NCBI RefSeq assembly: GCF_001194135.2 | Contig: NC_068991.1 | Coordinates: 39,465,602 to 39,529,601, forward strand | Origin: Octopus bimaculoides | Lineage: Eukaryota | Reading direction: 5' to 3' | Length of the DNA: 64,000 bases | In this document: positions 1 to 14,212 of the stretch, one piece after another | How the letters are laid out: each line of letters starts with the position of its first letter | How positions within the stretch are numbered: the stretch's first letter is position 1 | Program-made: the position numbers and the translations under genes | The notes under the pieces: generated by a model | What the model was told of the DNA's origin: nothing | The model's database searches: none | What the model saw: the letters and a program-made list of their open reading frames with translations, nothing else

Positions 1-1374
1 TTTTTTTTTTTTTTTTTTCTTAATTTCTAGTAACATATTGGGCTTAATTGACTATAAATACCTTTCTCCAACAAAGATTGGCTTTATAGTAAAGATATTT
101 ATTGCTACAATTATAGAACACATTTAAATTTTATTCTATTTATTGAAATTCTGCATTTTATAATTGAGATACATTCATCATTGCAAGGTGAACTCTAAAT
201 GCTTTATTCTATAGTTCCCTTGTCTAACTCATCTAACAATAACCATGCCTTGGATAATCTTCAATGGTTATGGTACCACCTCCATACATGTGTATATGAC
301 TTTTTTTTTTTAGGGGGCAAGGGAATTACTCTATCATCTGTATTTATATTTTCATAACAGTCTTATTTGCTTCAGTGGATTTATGTAGAATAATATCTGG
401 TTTTTATAAATATCAAACTGAAAACCAATATTATTAGTTTTGTTGCTACTTCATTTGATAAAGAATGTTGTCATTAGACTGTGCAACATTTAATACAACC
501 GGATTGCTTTCAATGGATGTTATATTTTGCTTGCTTAAATATTTTGTTAGAAAGTACATTACAAAGTAAAAAAGTATGTAAGTCATTATTTGTATATTGC
601 AATGGTGTGGGCAAAATATATATTTCATAGAGAAATGACCTTAAGTAAATTTAGTTGGTTAAATTTTGGAAACAGCTCTGCAAAGGCTTCACAACATCTG
701 AAAGTAACATTAAACCATTTCTGATTAATTTATATAAAATTAAGCTAGTGTTTTCAAGTATGTGACTATTTATGTGGTGGTGGGAGCGTGAGAATCATAG
801 GAAAATTAAAAAATGAAATTCTCATTGTTATCTTGGATATGTAATTTTCTGTTTTTCAGCTGAAAAGCAACTTATTATCTTTTGGACATTTGACATATAT
901 TGTAACCAAATTTTTGTATTCAGAATTCTAATCTCCGATGTGAATGCATATTTCCTATGTTTTGAAGTAAGTTGCTAATGTAAATAAAAATGTTGCCTTG
1001 ACTACAAGAGACACCAACCAATAATGGGTTGTCCTTTCAATGGAAAGCCGCTCTTTTCAACTCTAACTTTATTTTAATGTTATTTCTAAAATTGGTTAGA
1101 GAGATAATTTTCATTCACACTCACTATTGCTACAAATTGCATAAGCCCTGCTCATATTTTCAAGAAGATATGTGGAAAGAATATATGCAAGTTCTGTGCC
1201 ATGTGCTAATAAATCGAAGTACTGCCTTCAGTTTTAATGGTGGTCTTAAAGAAGTATGCTTGGTTAGTTCAGACATGCTTGCATTACATAAAGTGTGATT
1301 TGTAATGTAATTTTCAAATTCTATGGCAAAATATTCAAACTCGGCTCTCATAAACGAAACATTGGAAATCAATA

Positions 1375-1412
1375 TTTATTTTCTTTTAGAAATTTCAAAT
1401 TGTTCATTTATT
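1375..1412 (-). terminator. Candidate polyadenylation signals (two AATAAA) of the TRNT1-like gene
   Basis: TTTATT on the plus strand at 1375-1380 and 1407-1412, about 230-270 nt past the stop. This is weak evidence in AT-rich DNA. Confidence 0.3.
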
Positions 1413-1644
1413 TGTACATTATATGTCATTTAATTAGAAATATAAGTTATTGAAGGCATGAATTTTTGCCTGTTCACTTTTACTCTCCTCATGTGGGCTC
1501 AATATATGAATATATATTTAGCTGCTTCTAATTTGAAAAAGACTGACTGTTTAGGTTGGTGGCACCTGTAGTCAAGGCTCAACAGCCGGGTGAAATACAA
1601 GAAATTTTGCTTGCTTTTTTTTTTTTACCCCCCTTTATATGTTT

Positions 1645-2040
1645 TTATTTTAAATTTTCTAAAATTTGCTCAACCATATCAAGTAGGTCATCTTTTTTCA
1701 TAGAGTAATTACTTTCTTTCCAAATACATTTCAATTTGGAAATAATTTTCTGAAAAAGTGATCCTTTTGGAACATTGCGCGCTAGCAAATCGTGTCCAGA
1801 GACAGGAAATTTTGGTGGATCCCAATGGTCAAAAGTCTTTAATACATCGTGTTTACCATTGTACTTCAGTAGTTCTTTGATATAAGATTTGATATTATGT
1901 TCTTTTCTGTCCATTAGTAACTGCTGGCAATAGCTAATGTTATCATCTGTAGCGTTCAGTGTGTTTCGTTGCTGGATAATAAATGTCCCTTGTCGGAGCT
2001 CATCAGTCGAGATTTTTACACGACTCTGGAAATTCAGAAG
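1645..2040 (-). CDS. TRNT1: TRNT1-like last coding exon (body/tail domain)
   Basis: 396 nt; ttcattacag|CTT; encodes [22 protein letters not shown]...ELLKYNGKH...[13 protein letters not shown]...[18 protein letters not shown]...ENLK*; TAA at 1647-1645. Confidence 0.93.
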   Translation of the reverse strand, partial: LLNFQSRVKISTDELRQGTFIIQQRNTLNATDDNISYCQQLLMDRKEHNIKSYIKELLKYNGKHDVLKTFDHWDPPKFPVSGHDLLARNVPKGSLFQKIISKLKCIWKESNYSMKKDDLLDMVEQILENLK

Positions 2041-4047
2041 CTGTAATGAAATTTGTTCAATTCAAAGTGAAAGAGATAAATGTAAGAATTTAGATTATTG
2101 AAAAGTTTTAATGAAACAAAGATTTCTGTCTTATTATGCCAATGAAACTGTTCAAATTTTTTCTTACATAATGCTAGTATGGTAAATATTCTGTAAAATT
2201 TGTATTAAAAGTTAAATGAAACTAACAACCACTTGACTGTAGGAAGACTAGTAGCAAATAATTATGAAATGGTGTGAATAAATCTATTATTAACTAGAAT
2301 ACTACTACAGATAACATGCAGGCATGGCTGTATGGTTAAGGACCACATGGTTTTCGGTTTAGTTCCGTTACGCTATACTTTGGACAAGTCTCTATTACTT
2401 CAGCTCCAAGTGAATTTGGTAGACAGGGCTGGGAAATGTGTTGTGTTGTGTTCTTGAGCAAAACATTTCATCTTATGTTGTTCTGCAATCACTTTGATAT
2501 CCTCAAATGTGGTGCACTGTGCACCTGTTGAGGCAATGTCAATTGATAGGAGTGAGCTTAATGTACATTTGATTACTGTGAACAAATTATTTGTGCAGGT
2601 CGTTCACCAAAAAACTGAACACATATGTCATCTTCAACAGAAGATTCCATCATTATGTGTGTATTTGTGCTCTATGAAGGTCAAAAACTATGAGTAGTCT
2701 TTTTTTGTCATTTCTCCAATTAAATTGTCTACTTTGTGCCTTCAAAGATTTGTGAAATAAGAAATCCCTTGAAAGATAAGGGTGAACAGTTAGAAGGGGC
2801 ATCTAGTTCTAAAACTGCTTGAATAATATATTGTCTAACCCATGCTAGCATGGATAAATAGATGTGAAATGAGCACTCACTACAGTATTCAAACTGGACT
2901 AAACCTGCCATATAGCTTGAAATATAACCATTGCACACATGAACAATGAGATTCACAATCTTTTAACATTTAAATTGACCATATGCAGTGCAAGTTTTTT
3001 TACAATAGAGATATCACATAAGCATGCTGATCAGTCAAATCTGGCCTTCCACACCTATCCTACAATGTCACTCTGAAAATAAGCTGTCATGAAAATCTCT
3101 TAGCTACATGACAATGCATTTTTAACTGAAAACAATGTAAATAAATAAGCATTACATTTAACAGAGTCCTGAATGTTAAAGGGCTTAAAACATGACATGC
3201 TCATGTTGAAGCATTCCCTTATTTGGAGGTTATAAATCTAATCGATCAAAGCTAACTGAGAAAATTGATTTTTATTGTAATGTGCTTTGTCTTAGTGAGG
3301 AGGTGGATGGTGGTGCTTCTATGCCTTGGCAATAAGGCTAGAGACTCACAAGAACTCCCTTAATCCTTTAGCATTCAAACCTGCCATAACTGGCCTAAAT
3401 ATTCTAGTTTTTGTTAAAACATGAATAAATAAGCATTACATATGACGAGTAATCTGAATGCTAAAAGGTTAAATTGCATTTAGGCTTTGAAAGATAAAAT
3501 ATTTTGTTTTTTTCTACCTGTGTATGAAGTAAAAGGGAGTGCACTAGCTATATCTCACACCTGTGATAAATATAGTTCATTCCATGATCATTGATAGGGG
3601 TTTGATCAACCCTATTGACTTGAGGGAGAAATGAGAATTGTTTTAAGTAATTTTCAATTGATACTAACAACAAAAACTAAATCACAACAAAAGAGGGATA
3701 CATAAAACATTCTGTATTTTACACCTACTCACATATGTATATTAGCTATCCCAGTTATGGCTATTCTGGAACACTTCACACAGTCACAAACATACACACC
3801 GTAGAATATTGCTATTTCTAAAAGTTCTGTCTAAATACTCTTTACTCGTTTCAGTCATTTGACTGGCCATGCTGGAGCACCGCCTTTAGTTGAGCAAATC
3901 GGCCCCGGGACTTATTCTTTGTAAGCCTAGTACTTATTCTATCGGTCTCTTTTTGCCGAACCGCTAAGAGATGGGGACATAAACACACCAGCATCGGTTG
4001 TCAAGCAATGCTAGGGGGACAAACACAGAAACAAACGTACACACATC

Positions 4048-4090
<43 letters not shown>

Positions 4091-7000
4091 NNNNNNNNNN
4101 TTTCAGTTTCCGTCTACCAAATCCACTCACAAGGCTTTGGTAGGCCTGAGGCTATAGTAGAAGATACTTGCCCACGGTGCCATGCAGTGGGACTGAACCC
4201 AGAACCATGTGGTTGGTAAGCAAGCTACTTACCACACAGCCACTCCTGCGCCTAAATGGTATTTTTTTTTAACAATTACAAGAGCCATGTTATGTTGATT
4301 ATATCTCATTACAAAGCAAACCCCACATATGTACTGTCTCACAGCTACAGCCTGCTCACCCCAGATCTACCACCAAATTTCTCTAAATCCTTTATCCTCC
4401 CAACTATAACATGCATCTCATTTTCAAAATTTATCCACTTACCTCTCATTCTCAGACTTACTATTATTTTAACATTTGGCGATGCTTATTTTTGCAAAAT
4501 AGCATGTGACATTGCATGACGCTTTGATGTGTACTTATTAACTACTGAAACAACAGTCTGGCGTTAAGAGATTAACAAACCCATGCAAGAGAATGGTGGA
4601 AGCAGCAAAAATGTTCAGGAGATAGAAAACATGAAAACAACTTTATGAAAAAAAAACAACAAAAATTCCTCTTCTAGATATAAAACTTTAAGTAATTTAC
4701 TGATGTTGTTTAGACCTAGATCAACCATGACTAAGTGGACCAGTATGTTTATTGCTCTTATTGTATAGATAGTTGAGTGTAATTTTGGAGAGCTGCTAGT
4801 TTTAGCAGATTAAATCATGTAGAAAGTTCATTGGTTGGCTCAAATTGTATATGGCAGAAATTCTTGAAATGAAGATGAATTAATATGACTTATAGTGATA
4901 TTTTTTTTGTTCATCATATAATTTCAGTTGTATTTAGATAAAGTTTTTGTTGCATATGGGTGGTCTATTAGTTATTTTATTGAATCCTATGTATATCAAA
5001 ACAGGAGATTGGAAAAAAAATTTTTGGTATTTATTCACCATTTTTTTTTCAGTCTGTTTTGATATGCAATTACTCTGCAAAAAGTATTTTGCAGTATCTT
5101 TTATGCATACTTCACTCAAAAATAATATCTACATATGACTTAAAAGTACTGGAATAAGCAGAAGTGCTTCAAGAGGAAACAGCTTGGATTATAACCCTAG
5201 CTATATGATATATATATATATATATATGGTCAGTGTTCCAGTTGATCCAATCAATGGAACAGCCTGATCATGAAATTAATGTGCAAATAGCTGAGCACTC
5301 TACAGGTATGTGTACCCTTAACATAGTTCTCAGAGGTTTAGTGTGACACAAAATGTGACATGGCTGACCCTTTGAAATACAGGTACTATTCATTTTTGTC
5401 TGCTGAGTGGGCTGGGAAAATGTGAAATAAAGTGCCTTGCTCAAAGACATGATGTGAGGCCAGGAATCGAACTCACGACCTTACGATCATAAGCCAAACA
5501 CTCCAACTACTAAGCCACACACATGCATATGATTTACTTTTTCAAACCAGCATATTTTCATGATAATTTTGAGTTGTTGGGTCATGTCCATAAGTAGCGT
5601 TTTCTCTTATGTTTGGTATAAAGTTCATGATTCCAAACCGTACAAATAGGCTGAATGCGATTCTACTCTGTAAACCTTGTCCTCAATAAAAATTACTGTT
5701 CCATAAATGTTGACAGATTTTTCCTAATGCCGGATTTACTTCTGCCTGTGTTGTTTTCTTCATGTAGACAAGCATTACTATATTTATTGTCAGTTAAGTG
5801 AACTAGTTCATTCTCTTGAGATAAAGGTTTATAGTTCCTGACTGCTTCTGGACTCTGGTCAGTCTTGTTTTAATTGAATGAGTATTTATGTTTTTCAAAT
5901 TTTGGCACAAGGCCAGCAATTTCGGTGGAGGGGCATGATAATTTGATTAAATCAATCCCAGTGCTGAACTGGTTCTCATTTTATTAACCCTGAAAGGACA
6001 AAAGGCACAGTCAACCTCAGCTGAATTTGAACTCAGAATGGACGAAATACCACTAAGCATTAATGGTTCTGCCAGCTCACCACCTTGTTTGTATCTTCAT
6101 ATTTGTATTTAGAACTAGTGAAACTTGATGATCTGTTCACACTTTGCTTGTTTTGAATCATTTTTAATGAATGACAAGGGACGGAGAGATGTGGCGATTT
6201 GCTGTACTTGGAAGAGATATGTCAAGCTAAGTAAAATCACTGTCTTCCACACATACAGGCTTGTTCTTTCAGGTGTCGGTGCCACATAGAAAGCACTTGT
6301 GCCAGTGGTGCGTTAACACACTTGTGCCGGTGCTATGTAAATGTACCTGTGTAAAAAGCACCCGGCACTTTGTTAAGCGGTTGGCGTTAGGACATCCAGC
6401 TATAGAAACCATGCCACAACAGACAGTTGGAATCTGGACAGCTCCCTGCTAGCTAGCTCCATGTCAAACCGTCCAACCCATGCTAGCATGGAAAGAGGAT
6501 GCTAAACAATGATGGTTTAGTTCTAGTTTTGTAAAAATCAATATGGAGACACTTCTGTATGTAAATATCTACATCTCATACTACTTCAAGCATTGCAAAA
6601 TATATGTTGGAGTTCGGATATAAATGATTTAACTGAGATTGTTGTCTGAAATTTGGCAATAAGTTTTCTTCTGATGATAGGGCACCCATCACATTTTGGT
6701 GAATTTTTAAAGACATTCAAACATTTTAACTTTCCATAATTCTTCAGGTTTAATTATTGTTAACTCTCTCTCTCTCTGGTTGGGTAATCATGTACCTTCT
6801 CTACAGCAAGACACCTGTTTCTGTCTTTCATCATCTGACACAAAATCACCTCCCCCAATGCCCCTTCCCCTCTCAAAAACTCCTTGTCTTGCAAGTTACT
6901 TAGTAATCTTGCCAGTGCGGGTGCCATCTAAAAAACACCCAGTCCACACTGTAAAGAAGTTGGCATTTGGAAGGGGATCCAGCTGTAAAAACCATGCCAA

Positions 7001-10000
7001 AACTGACCTTGTCTGTGCCGGTGTCACGTAAAAAGCATTCAGTTGACTCTGCAAGGCAGTTGGTGTTAGGAGGGGCATCCAGCCACAAAAACCATGCCAA
7101 AACAGACACAAGTCTGGTGCAGTCTTTTGCCTAGACAGCTCCTGTCTAACCCATGCCAGCATGGAAGGAGGATGTTAAACGACGATGATAATGATGATTT
7201 GTAAGGTCTACAAATAAATACCCAGTACATTTTCTTAAGAAGTTGGCTTGATTACAGTAAAATATCTGTAACACCAGTTGTAAAGGCATATTTAGGTATT
7301 AGTATATTCAGTATGATCACAGCAATGACCAATGAGAGATAACGGAGACATTTCTTCTGTACTTAATACTTGCCCTTCAATCAGTCATTTTTAATAATGC
7401 CAAGATATTAGCATTAATCCACATTGTATTATAGACAAATGAAAAGTTTCTGACCAGACTATGGATATGTGGTAAGAATTTTGCTTCCCAACCACATAGT
7501 TCTGAGATAAGTCCCACTGCATAGCATCTTGGGTCAGTGCCTTTTACTATAGCCTCAGGCCAACAAAAGCCTTGTAAGTGGATTTGGTAGATGAAAACTA
7601 AAAGAAATCTATCTCACACAAACACATATATATAATATATATATGAGTCCCCAACCATTGTTTGACAACGAGTGTTGCTTTGTTTACATCCCCATAACTT
7701 AGTGGTTTTGTTGGCCTCTTTTGAGACGAACAATAAATTCCAGATTTAAAAATAAAATACTAGGATCAGTTTGTTTGACTAGCCCTTTAAAGTTGTACCC
7801 CAGGAAAGCCACAGTCCAAGGACTGAAACAACATAAAGATAAAAAAGAAATACCCCCATATTTCCAGATCTCAGTACTGGCCATCACAATGCATAGTCAT
7901 TCACATGGTTGTATAAGTACTTTTTGCCACTACAACTCTTAGGTGTCTATAGCTTACATTGGGTACAACATATGGAATCTATATCTACTCCCTTTTTGAA
8001 TATTGAACAAGACCATTTCCATGAAGATACCAGGGTCCTGTCTTCTTTCCCACTTAAATCTTTGATAAGTTTACCTTGAAGCCTCTCAATTCCAGGTTTA
8101 GCTTCTATACCTGAAATTCCTTCTATTTCCCTATAGAGCAATGAGAAATATATCATCAGCCTATAGGAATTCCAATGGACTGCCAGTATAAAACTCCTGT
8201 AATGGCCTGCAGGAATATGATGAATAAATGAGAACTGAGGGTTGAGCATTGATAGACTTCTATCCTCATGCTAAAGTCACTGAAATCGTTGGCTCTCACT
8301 TTACTCACTGCATCTTTGACTGTAGCCTACACAACCATGAGCCACTTATCTACACCTAGTTTCCTTAGTGACCACTAAATGCAACCAAATGCCTTCTCAA
8401 AATCAATGAGTGCCCGGAATAGTGGTTTACTTTTAGCCAAGTATTTTTCCTGCAGTTGCCTCATTAGGAAAATTACATCCATGGTACCTTCCCAAGCACG
8501 AAGCCAAATTCCATCTCATCTAGGGCTACTTTTCCATGAACCAATTGTGTTATGACTTTCTCCATGTCTTTCATAATTTGATCCTGGAGTTTGACTTTTC
8601 TATAATTGCTTCTTTCTAAGCCATCTCCTTTGCTTTTATAGCAGTTTACAATGATACTGCTACAGCAGCCATTGGGTAAGACACCATCTTGTTTAACTTG
8701 ATTATCTATCCAAGTGGTCATCACGTATCCTACCTCACCAGATATTTTGAGTTCCATAATAAGTTTCTATGGCCTTTGACTGTTTCTAACTTGCAGAGCT
8801 TCCAAGTAAACATAATGGTCTTTGTAATCAGAGAAAATATGGATGGCTTTATCTAAGAAAGACAACAGTATCCATAACTTGTTTTGCAGGACTGTTTGGC
8901 TGTGTGGTTAAGAAGTAGTTCTCATTCCAACTGTGTTATTCCAAGTTCAATCCAGTGGAATGGTACTTTGAACATGTAGCTTCTATCATAACCTTGGGTT
9001 GTCCAATAAATGTTTTGTGAATGGAATTTGGTAGATGGAAACTACTGGCAGTTCATTGTTGATGTGCGTTTGCAAAGGATGCAAACAACGACAAGTGCTC
9101 TTTGTTGTTGTTGACAATGACGACAATGATGATGATCATCATCATCATGATTATTATTTAGCATCTGTTTTTCATGTTGGCATGGGTTAGATGGTTTCAC
9201 TGGAACTGACAAGCTGGAGAATTGCACAGGCACCAGTCTGTTTTGGCTTGGTTGCTACAGCTGGATGCCTTTCCTAATGCTAACCACTCCATAGAATATA
9301 GTGCAGTGGTTCTTAAACTGGGGAGAGGGGAGTCATGGAGGGTTTGGGAGAAAATAATTTATTTCATGTATTTGAGGGATTGTATTGCTGTGTCATGTAT
9401 TGCAGCTGCTAGTGGTGTCATGACTGTATGTACTTTGCTCTTGCTCTGTGAATCCTGCGGCACTTTGTGTTTCAAGACCATCACAAAATTTATCACAGGA
9501 GTCACAGTAATACGTTGGAGAGCCTCAAGGAGTAAGATGGTGAAAAAGGTTAAGAACCACTGATGTAGTGGGTGCCTTTTATGTGTCACTGGCACAGATG
9601 CCTTTAGCGTGTCACTGGCATTGGCCATGACTACAATTTCACTTGGCAGCAAATTGTGAAAAGTCTGTCACTTGTCATTTGCATCCATGAGACTCAACAT
9701 CCGAAGATCATACTGCACCACCTCATTCCATATGAAGTAATCTTTTGTGCTATTTGTTTTGTACCAAAATACAGACACTCATCATAAACACAGTAATCTA
9801 GTGATAAGCCTTTTTAGAAAACTAATCAACAACCTTATTGTTCACCACTTGCTTTAAAAAGTAAAGTATGAGACATTGATTGTTGCAGTGCAGCAAAAAA
9901 CCTAGTCAGTCATGTTATAAAGAAGTTCAATAATAAATAAACATTTGTTATACATATTACTACTATTAGCACAACATTAATTAGTTCAGCTAAATTCACA

Positions 10001-13000
10001 AAGAGAGCTGCATAAGCAGTACATACAACCATTTTAGTTAGCAAGGAAGTCTTTGCATACTTATTGAACATCCAAGAAATTGAAGAAAAATCTTCCTCAA
10101 ACACCAGCCTACAGTCTTCAAAATAGTTTATACTAATGTTGAATATAATGTCAGGAAAGCAGGCAGGAAAGTCAGAGCTAAAATACTGGTCAAACAATAA
10201 ATTTTCAGTGAAAATATTTCCCTCAGCAAGTGTGAACACTTAAGAGACTGACAGAAGCTAAAACTCCACACAAAGTGGCCTTTAAACCATTACAGAAGGT
10301 AACTAGTGTCTTATAAAGTTTTCATGATACACAAACTCCACTAAACACACATACAATAACATTTACAAATAATCCATAAAACTAGGGGACTTTATAGAAA
10401 AAAAGTAAAAAAAAAAAAAATACAATGACTGTTACAATCACAATGACAGAACAGGAGGTACCGTTATTGCCTTTATCAATGTCACAGGTTTATATCAAAT
10501 ACATTTAACATTAAATATTTTGCATCATCATTTAATATCTCTCCCATGCTAGCAATGGGTTGGATGGTTTGACAGTAACTGGTAAGTTAGAGACTGCACC
10601 AAGCTTCACTGTCTGCTTTGGTATGGTTTTTACAGCTGGATGCCCTTCAACCACTTTACAGAGGGGGCTAAAGAAATAAACTTTGTGAACAAGGACACCC
10701 AAAGATCTGAAAATTCTGCAATCCCTCTCTTACCCTTCTACTTCCACATCATTTCTTTATTTCTCATCTCTCTACAGTTTTATTATACTGCTGCTCCCTA
10801 CACTCTCTTTTGTATTGCCACTTACCACCTCCTCCACCTTGATTCATTCCTATTTCCATCACTTTCCCCCCAACCCAAACTGATATTCACTACTGACTAT
10901 ACCTCCAGCTGTGTTCACCATTTACTGCAGTCACCTCTATGCCAGTCTCTAATCATCTGTTACTCCTCTTTCGTACTCGTGAACTTATCAACTCTTCCTG
11001 TCTCTTTTCTCTGTTATATTAAATTTGTTTGTACCTTGAGGGTACACCCCAATACCTCATAACCACCATATGTTCTCTCTTTCCAGTTCGGGTAGCCTAG
11101 TATCATCACTACAAAAAAGACACCTGAAGAACCTGTATCTGTCCCTCTATCATACTTTAGTCTCTTAACACCTGGCACAAAGCCACCTCCCTCAATATTA
11201 CACCTCCACTAAATCAAGGAGCCTTGTCTTGTGAGTTACATGGTGAGTTACTAGTGTCTGGCATTAGAAAGGGCATCTAGCCATAGAAACCATGCCAAAG
11301 AAGACAGAAAGTGGGTAGATCAACTACCCACTTTCTTGGTTTTAGATTTTAAACAACTTTTGAAGGAGTTTTTCTTAACTAATTGCTTCAATGATTCCAA
11401 TTGATTGGAGTTATTCAACTCAGTATTAATACAAGTATGAGACCTTCACCTTCTCACTCAACTATATAGTTGATATACATCATTATATTCTCTTTATATA
11501 TAGATCACTCTCAGTCTTATTAAATGAGCAGAATATGATCTGCTGAGGCAGTTTAACGGCAATGAAACATGTCTGTTGCTTTAACCATTGAAAGACTAGT
11601 TTCCAAAACTTTTCAATTAGCATAATCTTTCGGAGTTATCTCCCTTGCTTACTGTTTAAAAAAAATATTTTTTAAACATACACAGAAACAGTGTTTCTTC
11701 ACTAATTGCATAGAAAATCTTCATTAGTCAAAGTTTTTCAATACATTATATTACATAGGTGAGACTGTACTGTGTCTGTATAGAGAATTTTTCCTGAAAT
11801 ATATTCATGCAGCCCTAGTTTTGATATACTTGACAAAAGCCAAGCAAATATATGAAGCCTTGTAATGTAAAACCTGCCAAAAGAGTTGAAACAGTAATAT
11901 ATTGTACAGCAGACAAATGTTTTTACCACTCAGTGAATCTGGAACTGAATACTGGCTTAATAAGCTGGTGAAGATAATCAAAACCTTATCTAATCATTCT
12001 GTTTTGTATCTAATTTTCAATCTAATACTAGTAAAATGATTTTGAAATGTTTAGTGGGGTTCATTAAAACTAGAGACCTTTCTACTGTTAATCACACTGT
12101 GAATTCAGAAATATATCTTGTTTTTAGCTGTCAAATGCCTTGCATAGTTTGTCAATAAAAGCTACAGAGGAATTAAAAGAAGCGGTGATAGTAGGAGTGA
12201 CTACATATGTCTTAAATGAAGTAACTTGTTGGGAGTAACTTACCTCGTTGTTTGTTTCTAACAATGCAGTAATTAAAGTTATTGGTGATGGTGACAGTTG
12301 TTGGCAATTATCACATACTTTTTGGAATTCGTTAATATTACTTGTCTTGGGCAATCCTGAAAAAGATGGGGTAAAAAATACATAAAAGGAAATTAAATAA
12401 AATAAAGAAAAAATTTTGACATAAATTTGACTTATTTTTTTTTGTAATGTTTATCTCTATTAGTTTTGAAGCTTTTATGAGGAGAGAGATTTCTGACTTA
12501 TAGTGGCTACTCTTATGAACTACAGATAGAAATTAGTGCAAAGTGAAAAAACAAAAACAAAGGCATTTTATTGGATATATATATACTACTATTCTAGTTC
12601 TTAACTCTTGCTTAGATAAACAACATATTTTTCTAGTTAATATTATGCATTGTAAATTTATTACTGACAGGAAAATGATACAGCAATGCCCACCAAGTTG
12701 TGAATTTTGATAAATCATGAACCTTCACTCTTTAACATTTAAACTGGCTATATCAGGCCCAAATATTCTACATGTTTTAGGCTCAAGCTGGCTAGATCTA
12801 GCCTCTTACACCTACTCTATAATATCATTCTAGAAATATACAATCAATCATTGAAATCTTGAAGCTACAAGATAATGCATGATTAATTCAAAGCAAGGTG
12901 AATAAAAAAGCATTAAATTCAACAGAATAAACTGAACGCTAAAGGGTTAAAAGTAACTCTAAGTATATAACTAAGAAACCCCTGTCAGCTGTGCTCAAGT

Positions 13001-14171
13001 AGATCTATGTCAAGTCAATAATAAAGGAATAACATAAAGGTACAGTACCTTGGATATGCCCTGACCCAGTCTAACCTGAAAATGCATCACCCAATCTGTC
13101 ATGAAGATGTAAACAAACCAACACTGGTCATCAAACAGTGAGGGGACAAACACAAAGACATGCACATGTATATAAGTGCAGGTATGGCTGTGTGTTAAGC
13201 AGCTTGATTCCCAACCACATGGTTCAGGGTTCAGTATGTGGCACCTTGGGTGTTTTCTACTATAGCCTTGGGCTGACCAAAACCTTGTGAGTGGATGTGG
13301 TAGATGGAAACTGAAAGAAGCCCATCATATATATGTGTGCATGTGTGTGTGTCTTTGTGTTGTGTTTGTCCCCGCTCCCACTGCTTGATTACTATTGCAG
13401 CTATGTTTACATCTCTGTAACTTAGAAGTTCAGCAAAAGAGACTGATAGAATAATTGTCAGGCTTTAAAAAAGTAAGTACTGAGGTCAATACATTCGACT
13501 AAAAATTCTTCAAGGCAGTGTCCCACCATGGTCACAGTCTAATGACTGGAACAAATAAAAGATATAAACACACACACACACACATGCACACAATAGACTT
13601 CCACAGTTTCCAGCTACCAAATTCACCCACTAGGCATTGGTTGGCTCAGGGCTAGAGTAGAAGACACTTGACCAAAGTGCCATGCAATGGAACTGAACCT
13701 AAAACCACATGGTTTGAAGTGATCTTCTTAACCACCCAGCCTTGCCTGAACCTATAAAGAATATGGGATGCTCAACTAATTTGTGCATCGTCCTACAAAT
13801 TTATAGGAAGCTGGTCCATAATATTAGAGAGATATTATTGGTTCTCAAATCAAGAGGTAAAGATAGATTAGTTTATTAGTGGAATAAGATATTAATTTAA
13901 CATAAGTTATTAATTATTGTGTAGGATGTGTTATGAAGGTTCGGTTTGTAAGTATCACTAAAATTAAAATACATGAATGCAAAACTTACCAATATAGCTA
14001 AGTATCCCCAGATGAAACATTGTGGACATCATATCAGCAGTAAGGGGACCATTCACAATCTTCTTTAACTCCTGCCAGATACGTTCACCAGAAACATCTG
14101 GAAAAGAAGGATGCTCAAGTGAAATTGATGTCATGTAAGTCTAATAACTTGCTTAAATTTTGTTTCTTTCC

Positions 14172-14212
<41 letters not shown>

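Noticed and set aside
214-966. Possible plus-strand exons (e.g. 924-966, cag|...|gtaagt) of a convergent neighbouring gene
   Set aside because: Short, with no recognizable protein homology; splice-like motifs are expected by chance in AT-rich DNA.
4130-4251. tRNA-like A/B boxes
   Set aside because: These are heads of tRNA-derived SINEs; no complete cloverleaf or acceptor stem was supported.
10230-10312. Weak Penelope-like peptide (TLKRL..HKVAFKP); similar weak trace at about 49380-49750 ([11 protein letters not shown])
   Set aside because: Too short and degenerate to call without an HMM search.
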